DNA from: Limisphaerales bacterium
Lineage (GTDB): Bacteria > Verrucomicrobiota > Verrucomicrobiia > Limisphaerales > SIBE01
Length of the DNA: 47,353 nucleotides
Direction of reading: 5' to 3'
NCBI GenBank assembly: GCA_044225505.1
Contig: JBGAIN010000047.1
Location: 1-47,353 of the forward strand
The notes below the pieces were generated by a model that was not told where the DNA came from, did no database searches, and saw nothing but the letters and a program-made list of their open reading frames with translations. Positions within the stretch are counted from its first letter, which is position 1. Each line of letters starts with the position of its first letter. Both the position numbers and the translations under genes were made by a program. Positions 20,993 to 30,598 of the stretch are shown here, in pieces.

Positions 20993-21042
20993 ATATCCTC
21001 CACGGAGCGGCTAGGGCGAGTCCGACGAAGCCTGGCCGCAGC
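20993..21042 (+). repeat. Dispersed REP-like palindromic repeat, copy A
   Basis: Shares CCACGG, GGCGAGTCCGACGA and GCCGCAGC with 24676-24726. Confidence 0.6.
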
Positions 21043-21188
21043 AAACACCGATTCGCGGAAACACCCTGTCTGTGAGACCGATTCCAGCGTCCCTGACAGG
21101 ACTAAACATTGCCTTTCCTGAACCCCTCGGCATTGAAACGCCGAGCTTCTTTCACTGCGTCCTTCCGGGAAATTGACCGCATTCGATC

Positions 21189-21217
21189 TTGATTACCCTC
21201 TGGCCATTCCATACTCT
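21189..21217 (+). promoter_or_regulatory. Candidate sigma70 promoter for the ankyrin gene
   Basis: TTGATT-N17-TACTCT. Confidence 0.55.
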
Positions 21218-21223
21218 CGCGTC

Positions 21224-21343
21224 GCGCATAGGGCGCATCCGGTCCGCGGAAAGGACAGAAGTCCACCTCTGATGAAACCGTAAGTTTGCGAACTTACTTT
21301 CTGCCTGAAAATGCGGACACCAGGCGTAACGAAAGAAGTTCGT
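21224..21343 (+). ncRNA. Candidate structured 5' leader (cis-regulatory RNA)
   Basis: Hairpins GGAC-AGAA-GTCC, GTAAGTT-TGCG-AACTTAC and GCCTG-N13-CAGGC, plus alternative long-range pairings; about 120 nt between the predicted TSS and the ATG. Confidence 0.45.
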
Positions 21344-23245
21344 ATGCCATCCAAATCATTGCCGTCCCGACCGAGCCTGGACCATTTGAAGTATCAGGCG
21401 CGAGATCTCCTCCATGCGTTTCATGCGAAAGACCCTGAAGCGCTCCAGCGCGTTCGAGCGGTCCATCCAAAGGTTGCTGAAGCTGCCTTAGAATCAGCAA
21501 AGCCCGCTGGTACCGCGTCACCGCCTGCCAATGTGCCTCAGTTCGCGCTGGCCGATGCCCAGCTTGTGATCGCACGCGAATACGGATTCGACAGCTGGCC
21601 CAAGCTTAAGCGCCACGTCGAATCGCTGACCGAAAAAGAAGCGAACGATCCCGCAACGTCTTCGGCCATGAAAGAAGCCCTCGACGAGTTTGTGGCCCGC
21701 TTTTTGGAATACGCCTGTCCTGACCATCACGTGCGCGGTGGCTATGACCTCAGAATCGCACGCCACGCCGCTGTGCGATTGCTCAAGCAACGCCCGGAAA
21801 TCGCTCGCCACAATTTGTTCACCGCGGTCGTCTGCGGAGAGCTCGCGGAAGTTCAGCGCCGCCTCGCCGAACGACCGACGGCCGCGCGAGAGAAATACAG
21901 CGCTCCCGGACCGGATCGCTCCGGGCCAGGGAGTGAAAACGACGTTCTGAAAGACAATGGGCCCAAGCGTTGGGAACCGCTGCTGTTTCTCTGTTTTGCC
22001 AGGCTTTCCACCGCCGTGGCCGAGGCTAATGCGGTCGCGATTGCGCGGGCGTTACTGGACCACGGTGCGGATCCCAATGCCTATTTCATGGCTGGCGACA
22101 GCCGATACACATCGCTGGTCGGTGTCATCGGAGAGGGGGAAGAGAATCGGTCTCCCCATCCACACCGAGATGCACTCGTGCCATTGCTCCTGGAACGGGG
22201 CGCGCAACCGTACGACATGCAGGTCGTCTACAATATTCATTTCCACGGGAAGATTCTGTGGTTCATGAAACTGATGTATGAGCATTCCGTGCGACGCGGC
22301 CGCCAATCAGATTGGCAAGATCCGAACTGGTCGATGCTCGACATGGGCGGTTACGGCTGCGGCGCTCGCTGGCATCTCGATATCGCCGTCAAGAACAACG
22401 ATCTCGCCCTGGCCGCGTGGCTTCTGGAACACGGCGCCAACCCGAATGCCGCGCCCGCTCGCGACAAGCGTTTTCTGCAACAGACCCTTTATGAAGAAGC
22501 CATGCAACGGGGCTATCGGGAACTGGCCGAATTGCTTGCCCGTCACGGTGCCGAGACCCGTCACGCCCGGGTGGCGCCGGACGATGCGTTTCAGGTTGCA
22601 TGCTTTCGACTCGACCGTGCGGAAGCGGAACGACTTAAACGCGCGCGTCCGGAGTACCTATTGGCGCCTGGCCCGCTCATGTTGGCGGCCGAACGCGATC
22701 GTGCGGACGTTGCGGAGTTGCTGCTTGACCTTGGCATGTCGCCCGATGTCGCAGATCGAAGACATGGAAACCAACGCCCATTGCATGTCTGCGGTTATTC
22801 TGGTTCACCCCAAGTCGCCAAGTTGTTGATCGAACGGGGGGCCGACGTGGATGCGCAAGAGTCTGACTATGGTGCCACGCCGCTCGGCTTCGCTATCTGG
22901 TCCGAGAAGCCACAGATGATCCAACTCTTGGGCCCTTTGACACGCCATGTTTGGCACCTCGCGTTTCTCGGGAACGTGGAGCCATTGCGTGACGTGCTCG
23001 CGGCGCAGCCGGACCTCGCGAAAGCGACCCTTCCCAATGGAGAGACGCTGCTGATGCGGCTCCCAGAGGACGAGGAAAAGGCCGTGGAAGTTGTTCAGCT
23101 CCTGCTCGCGCACGGAGCCGATCCCAACGCCAGAAATGGCCAGGGAATGACAGCGGCGCAACTCGCGCTCCGACGAGGGCTGAACGACGCGGCCAAATTA
23201 CTGGGCGGGGCTCACGGCGAACACCGTCGCCCGGGGTCAGACTGA
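21344..23245 (+). CDS. Ankyrin-repeat protein with N-terminal 'LPxRPSLxHLKxQA...LADAQLVIAREYGFxSW' helical domain
   Basis: N-terminal motif as quoted; ankyrin repeats LLDHGADPN, LLEHGANPN, LIERGADVD, LLAHGADPN. Confidence 0.9.
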   Translation: MPSKSLPSRPSLDHLKYQARDLLHAFHAKDPEALQRVRAVHPKVAEAALESAKPAGTASPPANVPQFALADAQLVIAREYGFDSWPKLKRHVESLTEKEANDPATSSAMKEALDEFVARFLEYACPDHHVRGGYDLRIARHAAVRLLKQRPEIARHNLFTAVVCGELAEVQRRLAERPTAAREKYSAPGPDRSGPGSENDVLKDNGPKRWEPLLFLCFARLSTAVAEANAVAIARALLDHGADPNAYFMAGDSRYTSLVGVIGEGEENRSPHPHRDALVPLLLERGAQPYDMQVVYNIHFHGKILWFMKLMYEHSVRRGRQSDWQDPNWSMLDMGGYGCGARWHLDIAVKNNDLALAAWLLEHGANPNAAPARDKRFLQQTLYEEAMQRGYRELAELLARHGAETRHARVAPDDAFQVACFRLDRAEAERLKRARPEYLLAPGPLMLAAERDRADVAELLLDLGMSPDVADRRHGNQRPLHVCGYSGSPQVAKLLIERGADVDAQESDYGATPLGFAIWSEKPQMIQLLGPLTRHVWHLAFLGNVEPLRDVLAAQPDLAKATLPNGETLLMRLPEDEEKAVEVVQLLLAHGADPNARNGQGMTAAQLALRRGLNDAAKLLGGAHGEHRRPGSD

Positions 23246-23486
23246 TCGTCCGCGTCCAGGTCTCCAGCAGAGCGGGGGAGGGAGCTGTGTCCTTGAGGAA
23301 GGAACGCTTGGAAGGTTGCGGCGCGGCCTTCCGAGCGACTTGGGTCGCGTGAGTTGTTGCAGGCCCTCTCGTCGCCGGTGGAAGATCTCCGTCGGACGGG
23401 GCCAGATCCGTCAGGGCGGCAATGGACGTCCCGGGTTGCTTCAGAGACTGGCAGTATCCAATGTCAGCCTGCCAACGAACGACCTT

Positions 23487-24557
23487 TCATTTCAGCAGTC
23501 TGGCTCGCTTGGGCTGCCGCAGTTTCGTGATGTCCCACGTGTCGGACCATGGCACCACGGGACGGTCCTTTCGAAACTGCAGAGGAAGCCAGACGTAGCG
23601 CGAATCCGGCAGGTTATTCTTGTTCCACCGATCGGCCATAAAGATCCACGTGTCGGATTTGCCCGCCACGGGGAACACAAAGGTGCTTTGCGCCCCGAAC
23701 GTATTCGTTGCACCCGGACCGAGACAGGGATTTTCCAACTCTGTCCAAGGCCCCCATATCGATCGAGCCACCGCGGCGCGGGCCGGATTGGGGTCCCATC
23801 CGGTGCAACCGGAACCGATGAACCAGTACTGCCTGGCGCGTTTGAACACGACCGGTGCTTCCATGCGACGTTTTTCAAAGACGCGGACGAATCGGCCGCT
23901 ATGTTTAAGATAATCGTCTGTTAGAAGAGAAATGTAAGTCGTGTCATTGTTCTCCGAGGAATAAATGCGATACGCTTTCCCATCGTCATCCTGAAAGACA
24001 GTTTGGTCGCGACTCTCTTGGCCCTCAGGGCGGACACTCTCCAGGTAAACAAAGGGCCCAGTCGGCCGATCGGCCACCGCCACGCCCGCCCGAGCGGCTT
24101 TGTAATCTTCACTGTCGATGTGAACCCACATCACAAACTTCTTGGTGGACCGATTGAACACCACTTTGGGCCGCTCGCAGACCTTGGACGGGTGGAGGTC
24201 GTGTGCCGGAGAATTGGTCACCGCTTTTAAGACGAGTCCTTCATCTTTCCAACGTTTCAGGTCCGTTGACGAATAGCAGCGGATCCCTGTGATATCGACC
24301 CGGTACCCGTCCCACGCTTTCGTCGATTCGGGCAGCCAGGTGAGGCCTTCTTTGTTCTCGCCATACCAGTAATACGTGCCCTTGTGAAATAGCATCCCAC
24401 CGCCATGCGCATTGATCGGCTGCCCCCCGGTGTCCAGCCAGACTGCACCCGGCCGGAAACTCTCGGACGGGTCCGGAACGCCATGGACACTCGCGATGCT
24501 GAGGAAGAGGGCAAGCGCGCATCCCAATTGCAGCGACATAGATCTTCGTGGGTTCAT
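23487..24557 (-). CDS. Glycoside hydrolase family 43 (GH43_24-like), signal peptide
   Basis: INAHGGG, YYWYGE, ERPKV, SRDQTVF, RMEAP, AQSTFV, MADRW. Confidence 0.9.
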   Translation of the reverse strand: MNPRRSMSLQLGCALALFLSIASVHGVPDPSESFRPGAVWLDTGGQPINAHGGGMLFHKGTYYWYGENKEGLTWLPESTKAWDGYRVDITGIRCYSSTDLKRWKDEGLVLKAVTNSPAHDLHPSKVCERPKVVFNRSTKKFVMWVHIDSEDYKAARAGVAVADRPTGPFVYLESVRPEGQESRDQTVFQDDDGKAYRIYSSENNDTTYISLLTDDYLKHSGRFVRVFEKRRMEAPVVFKRARQYWFIGSGCTGWDPNPARAAVARSIWGPWTELENPCLGPGATNTFGAQSTFVFPVAGKSDTWIFMADRWNKNNLPDSRYVWLPLQFRKDRPVVPWSDTWDITKLRQPKRARLLK

Positions 24558-24675
24558 AACGGTTGAAGATAGACCAGCCCTCGGAATGTTTCGATAACTT
24601 ATCGCGGTTTTACAATCGAGGATTTAGTAAGAAGGGTTTTGAGGAGCGTGATGAAAAGTGGTGAGGTCAGCCGCA

Positions 24676-24818
24676 ATACCTTCCACGGGGCGCGGTTATG
24701 GCGAGTCCGACGAGTCTAGCCGCAGCCGCCGCCCCTCCGGGGACAACGCTTCGTCTTGTTCGAAACGCTCTTGAAAAGCGGTACGTCTGCGGCTGGTCTG
24801 ACGAGACAGCCGCGCTCC
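24676..24818. repeat. Inverted doublet of REP-like palindromes (copy B at 24676-24726 plus inverted partner at 24787-24818)
   Basis: GGGGCGCGGTTAT...TAGCCGCAGC and, inverted, CTGCGGCTGGTCTGACGAGACAGCCGCGCTCC (hairpin GCGGCTG/CAGCCGC). Confidence 0.6.
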
Positions 24819-24981
24819 TTAATCTCAGCCAGTATTTAACTCTCCCGGTTTTAGGTGTTACCGATCGTTGACCTGGACGCAGCGCCATGGCCAAATGATC
24901 GGGCTCGGTCCCAGCCCAGGTAAGGGCCTGTCCCCATCTTGGCCGGGAAGAGAAACCTATTTTGAGGACACGACACGGCAA

Positions 24982-26763
24982 ATGATTTACCACCAGGTCG
25001 CATTAAGATTCGGCAGACGTCAGCGAGCGCGTCCGCAGACGCTCCTTCCGCTCGGACAAGCAAAGCTCCGCGTCGCGTTCGCTTACCTTTTGGCTGGCGT
25101 TATCGGCGGTGGCGCAAACGGGAGCGTTGTTCCTCCAAAAGGGGCGGCACTCCAAGAGCCAGCGGTCCAGCTCTATACGAAGGACCAGCCACCACTCACA
25201 CCTTCCCTCGAGCAACTCCCGCGGATGAAAACCATTTCCAAAGACGGGATTACCTGGACCTTTTCTCAGGAAGTTCCCGTAGGGCAATTTGTCAACGGAG
25301 ACTATTACGTCGTGGGAGAAGCCACGGTGGTGGACATCCAGCCGTTGCCAACCCCCAGCAACGGACGGCACGGGTCGATGCTCAATATCCAACCCAACCG
25401 CCAGCGCAGCGGGTTTGACGATCGACTCGCCTCCGGACGATACGAGCCCGCACTGAGAGTTTACCCTCCAATCACGCTGACGCCCGGGAATAAGCTGGTC
25501 TCGTCGCGCAGTGCCGATTCGAGCTTGCCCGCGGTGATGCGTCCTTTTGATACGGCGGTAAGCCCGGTGGCATCGGTCTCGATCCTTACCAGTGTCGACG
25601 CTCCCCAACCCCCGGACGCCTTCCGACCTTCCTACGCCCAAGGCGCGCAAAAAATCTACCGCTCGCGGGACTTGTCTCGCGATCTGTTGCCCACGCTCCC
25701 CCAGGTAGAAAATGTGCCCGCCCTGGCCGAGTTTGAGGCGTATCTTCGACGGCCCTGGATCGATTCCGTTTTCTTCAACTTTGATGTCCCTGCCGAATAC
25801 ATGCCCAGCTACGGGCGCGAGAATGGCTACGTCATGTCCTTCGCCGGACTCCTCCTGACCTTGGATTTTCCACCAGCACAGAAAGAGTCTCTGCTGATCT
25901 ATCTGGTTCAATACGGAATCGACCTGTTTGGCCTGGTCGAGAATGGGCATCCGGGCTGGCCAGCCCAAGGCGGGCATGGGACCGGGCGTAAGTTTCCCAT
26001 TCTGCTGGCGGGCTGTCTGCTGAACGAACCGAAGATGAAAGACGTCTCGGCTGCGTTCGGCGAAGACATGCAAACGATCTGGGTCACGGAAACTCCCCCA
26101 GCGGGCACTTACACACAATCCTGGCACTCGACACCGGCCGCCGCCGTTTATGCCGGTCATGCGGGGATCGGGGGCGAAAGCATCTCCTCGGGTTGGGGGC
26201 CGTACGAACACCTGCCGCCACCGGAATGGAAGAGCATCCTCGGTGAACAGTACCGACGGTGCTGCACGAGCGCTTGTTGGATTGGAGAGGCGCTCGCCGC
26301 GCGCTTGATTCCGGGGATGGAAGAGGCGTGGAATCACCCGCAGTTCTTCGCTTATGTCGATCGCTGGATGACCACCGCGGACGACCCTCAAGACCGCGCG
26401 GCCATCGAAGCCGTGTTCGGCTATGCCCTGGATAACGATTTCCTGCAGGGCCAGGCCTGGGGAGTCTTACGAGGGGGTGGTTACAATTCTCCGCAACGCG
26501 CGTTCGTCGATGAGATGTGGGCGGCCTACCGTTCGAATCCCCGGATCCAGTCCGCGGCGATCAGCCCGGAGGGCGCGTTCGTCCTCACGGCGGACAATCT
26601 GGTTGCTGGAAGAACCCATTTTATTTGGGCAACGACCAACGTGCCATCGGCCAGCTGGACGACAATTTTTACCAACATCCCGACTCGCGAACGTTGGCAA
26701 TGGGTCAATCCGCGTCTGGACGGAGCAACGCAGCGTTTCTACCGCATCCAAGAGGCGCCTTGA
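24982..26763 (+). CDS. Secreted hypothetical protein with C-terminal 'RFYRI' extension domain
   Basis: Long ORF; hydrophobic leader; GITWTFS..VPVGQFVNGDYYVVG, GGHGTGRK, YRRCCT; C-terminal beta-rich tail ending QRFYRIQ; start uncertain. Confidence 0.75.
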   Translation: MIYHQVALRFGRRQRARPQTLLPLGQAKLRVAFAYLLAGVIGGGANGSVVPPKGAALQEPAVQLYTKDQPPLTPSLEQLPRMKTISKDGITWTFSQEVPVGQFVNGDYYVVGEATVVDIQPLPTPSNGRHGSMLNIQPNRQRSGFDDRLASGRYEPALRVYPPITLTPGNKLVSSRSADSSLPAVMRPFDTAVSPVASVSILTSVDAPQPPDAFRPSYAQGAQKIYRSRDLSRDLLPTLPQVENVPALAEFEAYLRRPWIDSVFFNFDVPAEYMPSYGRENGYVMSFAGLLLTLDFPPAQKESLLIYLVQYGIDLFGLVENGHPGWPAQGGHGTGRKFPILLAGCLLNEPKMKDVSAAFGEDMQTIWVTETPPAGTYTQSWHSTPAAAVYAGHAGIGGESISSGWGPYEHLPPPEWKSILGEQYRRCCTSACWIGEALAARLIPGMEEAWNHPQFFAYVDRWMTTADDPQDRAAIEAVFGYALDNDFLQGQAWGVLRGGGYNSPQRAFVDEMWAAYRSNPRIQSAAISPEGAFVLTADNLVAGRTHFIWATTNVPSASWTTIFTNIPTRERWQWVNPRLDGATQRFYRIQEAP

Positions 26764-27113
26764 CGGTACCACAACGTGACGACGTGAGCGGGCGCACCAA
26801 TTCTTGTGCATTCAGCGAGCCAGGCAGGTTCTACAAGCCTCTTTTGCCCGCCCGTCATTGGGCCCGTGGAGTTTAGCAAAGCCCTGAGGACCCCGGTCGT
26901 GAACGAGAGCTATTTGCACTCACGGTGTGCGACATTTCGGAAGTACCTGATTCGCAAGCGCCCTTCGATAGCTTTACCTCTTCGAGATCCATCGGAGCGT
27001 TCGGGGACGATCTAACCTGCTCGATTCGAGGAGGTTGGTTATTGTTTGGGCAACCCTGAGCTTGCGCGGGCCTGGGGGCGCCATTGGGCACGTTTAGAGG
27101 GGGATCATTCGAG

Positions 27114-27212
27114 GCAAGGCCGGTGCAAGGCCGGTGCAAGGCCGGTCACGGAGCGGCCTTGGTGCGGGGTTGATGCGGGATTGCCCCGGCGTTGCCCGGC
27201 GTTGCCCCGGCG
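27114..27212. repeat. Two oppositely oriented 11-bp tandem arrays
   Basis: (GCAAGGCCGGT)x3 at 27114-27146; five TTG-phased units at 27159-27212. Confidence 0.85.
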
Positions 27213-27383
27213 CAGGCGGCGCTGAGTCACTTATCCGCATGGCCCTCCGCGAACGCGATCCCCGCGGATGACCCAAATCCCTCGCCGCCCCATCCCTCTC
27301 AATTCGAAAACCGCCTCGAAACGCAACGCCAGGCTGCGGGATTTCCGGTTGATGACTCTCGATATCGCTTTACCTTGTCCCTT

Positions 27384-27881
27384 GTGAGCAAGGCTTTCAC
27401 TCGAGAGTCCGACGATTCCGGTGCAGAAGAGATGCCGTTCGTGCGGCGCCAGATTCCACACGGGACCAGGAATCTGATCACGCCGCAAGGAGCTGCCCAG
27501 CTCCGCCAAAAACTCGAGTCCTTAGCGGAAGAGCGTCGCGCCTGGACGGCCACCAGCGACGAAACCGATAACGACCGACGAGCTCAACGCCAGAAACTTG
27601 ACGCCATGATTCGTCATCTGCAGGAGGTCCTGGTTTCCATCGTCGTCACGGAACCTCCGGTCGACCGCAGCAAAGTTGGTTTTGGCGCGTCCGTTGATGT
27701 GATGTATCCGGATGGCCACCAAGAGACGTTCCGAATCGTGGGAGTGGATGAGGCGGATCCTGACCACGGTTCCATCAGCTGGGGTTCGCCAATAGCCAAA
27801 GCACTGCTATCCAAGAGAGCGGGCGATCCGGCGCCGTTCCAGGGTGAAGAGTTAAGAGTGCTGGGTGTGTCGTACGGATAA
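27384..27881 (+). CDS. GreA/GreB family elongation factor-like protein
   Basis: GTG start MSKAFTRESDD; NLITPQG, VGFGASV, FRIVGVDEAD, ISWGSPIAKAL. Confidence 0.88.
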   Translation: MSKAFTRESDDSGAEEMPFVRRQIPHGTRNLITPQGAAQLRQKLESLAEERRAWTATSDETDNDRRAQRQKLDAMIRHLQEVLVSIVVTEPPVDRSKVGFGASVDVMYPDGHQETFRIVGVDEADPDHGSISWGSPIAKALLSKRAGDPAPFQGEELRVLGVSYG

Positions 27882-28062
27882 ATCGGCCTGCGTTGTGACT
27901 GTCGGCCGGGAGTGGGAATCTTTCCAAGCTGTTCAGCAATTGAGAGCAATTTGCTCTGAACGAATTTCAATCGCCAAAGGTCCCACGTTCCCCGCCAGTA
28001 AGGATGGGGGGAGCCAGTCAACCAGGCATTCCTCCCCCAGGAGGTAGGTGCGGAGTGCGGAT

Positions 28063-28284
28063 TCGGTGACAATTGTCACCAACGGCAGGCCAGCATGGAT
28101 CTGTGGGCAGCGCGTTATGGCCGCTTGGGCCGCGTCGTCTGTCTCTACTGAGTCCGTTTTGCTTTGGTAGAAAGACGGAGCTGACTTGAGCTTCTATAGA
28201 GTAGGAGGCTGCCGCAGGGTGTAGAGCAGCGCATGCTGCGGCAATGGAAGAATTAAAAAAATGGAGCGAGCGAAAGGATTCGAA
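28063..28284. repeat. 222-bp direct repeat, copy 1 (ends in a degenerate tRNA-Gly 3' fragment)
   Basis: Ungapped match to 32944-33165, about 11 mismatches by manual count. Confidence 0.95.
28262..28284 (-). other. Degenerate tRNA-Gly 3' fragment (att-like site)
   Basis: Minus strand TTCGAATCCTTTCGCTCGCTCCA; T-stem broken. Confidence 0.8.
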
Positions 28285-28802
28285 ACCGCTCGGACAACTT
28301 CGCCACTTCCCTCGTAAGGTGGCGATCATCAACATGTTCAGCAAGTTAGCGAAATCGCCAAAACTAGCCTGCACGAACTTACATACGGTTTTCACGCACC
28401 GGCGCTGTCAGGTTTTGTCAGGTAACTTTCGCTCGACCGCGCATCAGGGTGACTGGTTGCGGAAAAACCGACGCTGGCAACAACAAGCCGCGTTGTGGAC
28501 GTGAAAATCACAACACGCCCAACAGACGATCCCGCGACAGCCGCATCATCAGTGAGGAGCCGTCAGATTCCGATCGTGAAGCCTTTGGTGCGCAGGTTTC
28601 GCGATTGTGCTCTTTTCGCATGGCCACTGGCGACGAGAACCGGTTCTTCACGTTCGGACTGACCGGCGATGGGAAGGTGGCTTTCTACCGAGCGTCAGAT
28701 GAGTGAACGCCAGGACGGTGGGAACAAGACCGGAGCCAGCGGTCGTGGGGCATCATGTCATTCCCTTGTCATCGACGTGGCGGGCTTTTACTCTTTGCTC
28801 CC

Positions 28803-29561
28803 ATGCGATTTGACGCCATCCCGTGCTCTCACGACGCGGTGCTTGCGTTGCGCGAGCGCTATTGCACCGAAATGCGCTGCCAGATGATGTTCTACCAGAT
28901 TCACGCACGGGCCGGTTGGGCGGAGACGTTTGCGCTTTACGTCGATGGTGCGCTCGTGGGGTTCGGCACCAAAGCGATCGGCGGTCCCTGGCGCGAGCGG
29001 CCTACGCTCATCGAGTTTTACGTCTCCCCGGAACAGCGGTCGCACGTTTTCAGGCTGTTCGAGGCGCTGCTGGCGCAGACCGGCGTCCGCCATATCGAAA
29101 CGCAGTCGAATGGAGCGCTGCTCGCACACATGCTCTTCGCATGGTCCCGTGACGTGGTGAGCGAAAGCATTCTGTTCGAGGACAAATTCACGACCGACTT
29201 GCCCGCGAATGGCTCGACGATGCGCCAGGTCACACCGGGAGCTGAAATTCACGCGGCGATCGACCAACGTAGCGGTGGCGGCGATTGGCAGCTCGTCATG
29301 GATGGCGAAACGGTCGGCCAGGGTGGCATCCTGTTTCACTATAACCGCCCGTATGGCGACCTGCACATGGAGGTCACCGAACCTTTTCGGCGACGCGGCC
29401 TCGGTGCGTATTTCGTCCAGGAATTGAAGCGGGCCTGTCGTGCGCTCGGCGCAATCCCCGCCGCACGCTGTAATCCCGATAATCTGGCCTCGCGTTACGC
29501 TCTGCAAAAGGCTGGGTTTGTTCCCTGCGGCCATCGGCTCACCGGGTCGATCACGGAGTAG
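28803..29561 (+). CDS. GNAT family N-acetyltransferase (tandem-domain type)
   Basis: EFYVSPEQR, HYNRPYGDLHMEV, FRRRGLG, ARCNPDNLASRYALQKAGF. Confidence 0.88.
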   Translation: MRFDAIPCSHDAVLALRERYCTEMRCQMMFYQIHARAGWAETFALYVDGALVGFGTKAIGGPWRERPTLIEFYVSPEQRSHVFRLFEALLAQTGVRHIETQSNGALLAHMLFAWSRDVVSESILFEDKFTTDLPANGSTMRQVTPGAEIHAAIDQRSGGGDWQLVMDGETVGQGGILFHYNRPYGDLHMEVTEPFRRRGLGAYFVQELKRACRALGAIPAARCNPDNLASRYALQKAGFVPCGHRLTGSITE

Positions 29562-29708
29562 CGACGGTCATCGCGCTAGCCCTCCGGCCCCAGTAACGCA
29601 ATCTGCCACTCAAACTCAACTCGATCCGAGTAACGACGCTTCAACTCCGCCCAGGTCGGTTCAGCCCAGTGGCACCAGGAGGAAATCACATCCAGGTAAT
29701 AAGTGATC

Positions 29709-30203
29709 TTAGCTATCATGGTCGCACAGCGTTACCTGCGTGGACTCCCAAAGGGGTAAAGTTCGCTGAATAGAAGAAATGTGGATGATGACTCCTGAGC
29801 GCTGGCTGAGCATCGACGGCAGAAAGCCTCGGTCCAGCCTCACGGCGGAGAAGAAATTCAATTCAAACTCCCTCTGCCAGAGGTCGTCAGTCAATGCCAG
29901 TGCGCCGCCTCCTGGAGCAGACGAGCCGCCAGCGTTATTAATCAAAATGTCGAGCCCGCCCAGTCGTTCGAGTGTCGTTTTGATGATCTGATCCGCTCCG
30001 GCACGGGTGCAGACATCCGCTTGAATGAACTGCTTTGGATCGCTCTCCCGTGGGTCGCTTCTCGCGGTGGCAAGCACGGTCGCCCCGCCACGTCGCAGGC
30101 GGTTCACAACGGCTTCGCCAATTCCCTTGCTACCGCCCGTAACGAGAACCCTTTTCCCGGCAAACTCGTTACCTTCGTGCGCGATTTCTGCTCTTTCGCT
30201 CAT
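29709..30203 (-). pseudogene. Short-chain dehydrogenase/reductase, 3'-truncated
   Basis: TGGSKGIG, NNAG, ISSIQ; similarity stops at LWEST just before the expected YxxxK catalytic motif. Confidence 0.8.
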
Positions 30204-30520
30204 GCGAGCATCATAGCACTGAAACTGAACCGACCAAAACATGCCAACGAGCCAGTCACCGGGGTTTTACCTCGCTTGACGCGCTCCAGCCGCTCCCAAC
30301 AGCGCTCACCCCGATAACGACAGGCATGATGGCGAGCAACTGCTTCCGAAATTCCCTTTTCATGATCCGGAGGGTCGCCCCGCCGGTGCTGAGGTGCTAT
30401 TACAACTCTCCGGTGTGTTTTCCAGCAGGCCCATTGCGCCCATCGAGCCTCCGGGTCCACGAAATTTGATGCGCAGCGTCGCCAGCACCGGAGCCTGCTG
30501 GCCGGCCCTGTAAAAATCCT

Positions 30521-30551
30521 TTGACTCTCCCGCTACGTCAGCCCTGAGAGT
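30521..30551 (+). promoter_or_regulatory. MerR-type promoter with 19-bp spacer
   Basis: TTGACT-N19-GAGAGT with imperfect dyad CTCCCG-CTA-CGTCAG, upstream of the MerR gene. Confidence 0.6.
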
Positions 30552-30598
30552 GTTCCCAGTCACTGGCACAGTTGGTGGTGTCGGCGAGGAAAAGAACG

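Noticed and set aside
21126..21153. Hairpin CTCGGC/GCCGAG followed by CTTCTTTC
   Set aside because: Weak U-tract and no + strand gene directly upstream; not enough to call a terminator
21268..21334. CTGATGA...GAAA resembling a hammerhead ribozyme core
   Set aside because: No closing pair for stem II next to the core, and no stems I/III with a UH cleavage site could be built
25003..26391. 462-aa minus-strand ORF (also 17534-18472, 28788-29534 and 36632-37474)
   Set aside because: Antisense to better-supported genes in GC-rich DNA; no motifs
27114..27212. Possible CRISPR array
   Set aside because: 11-bp units without spacers; no cas genes in the window
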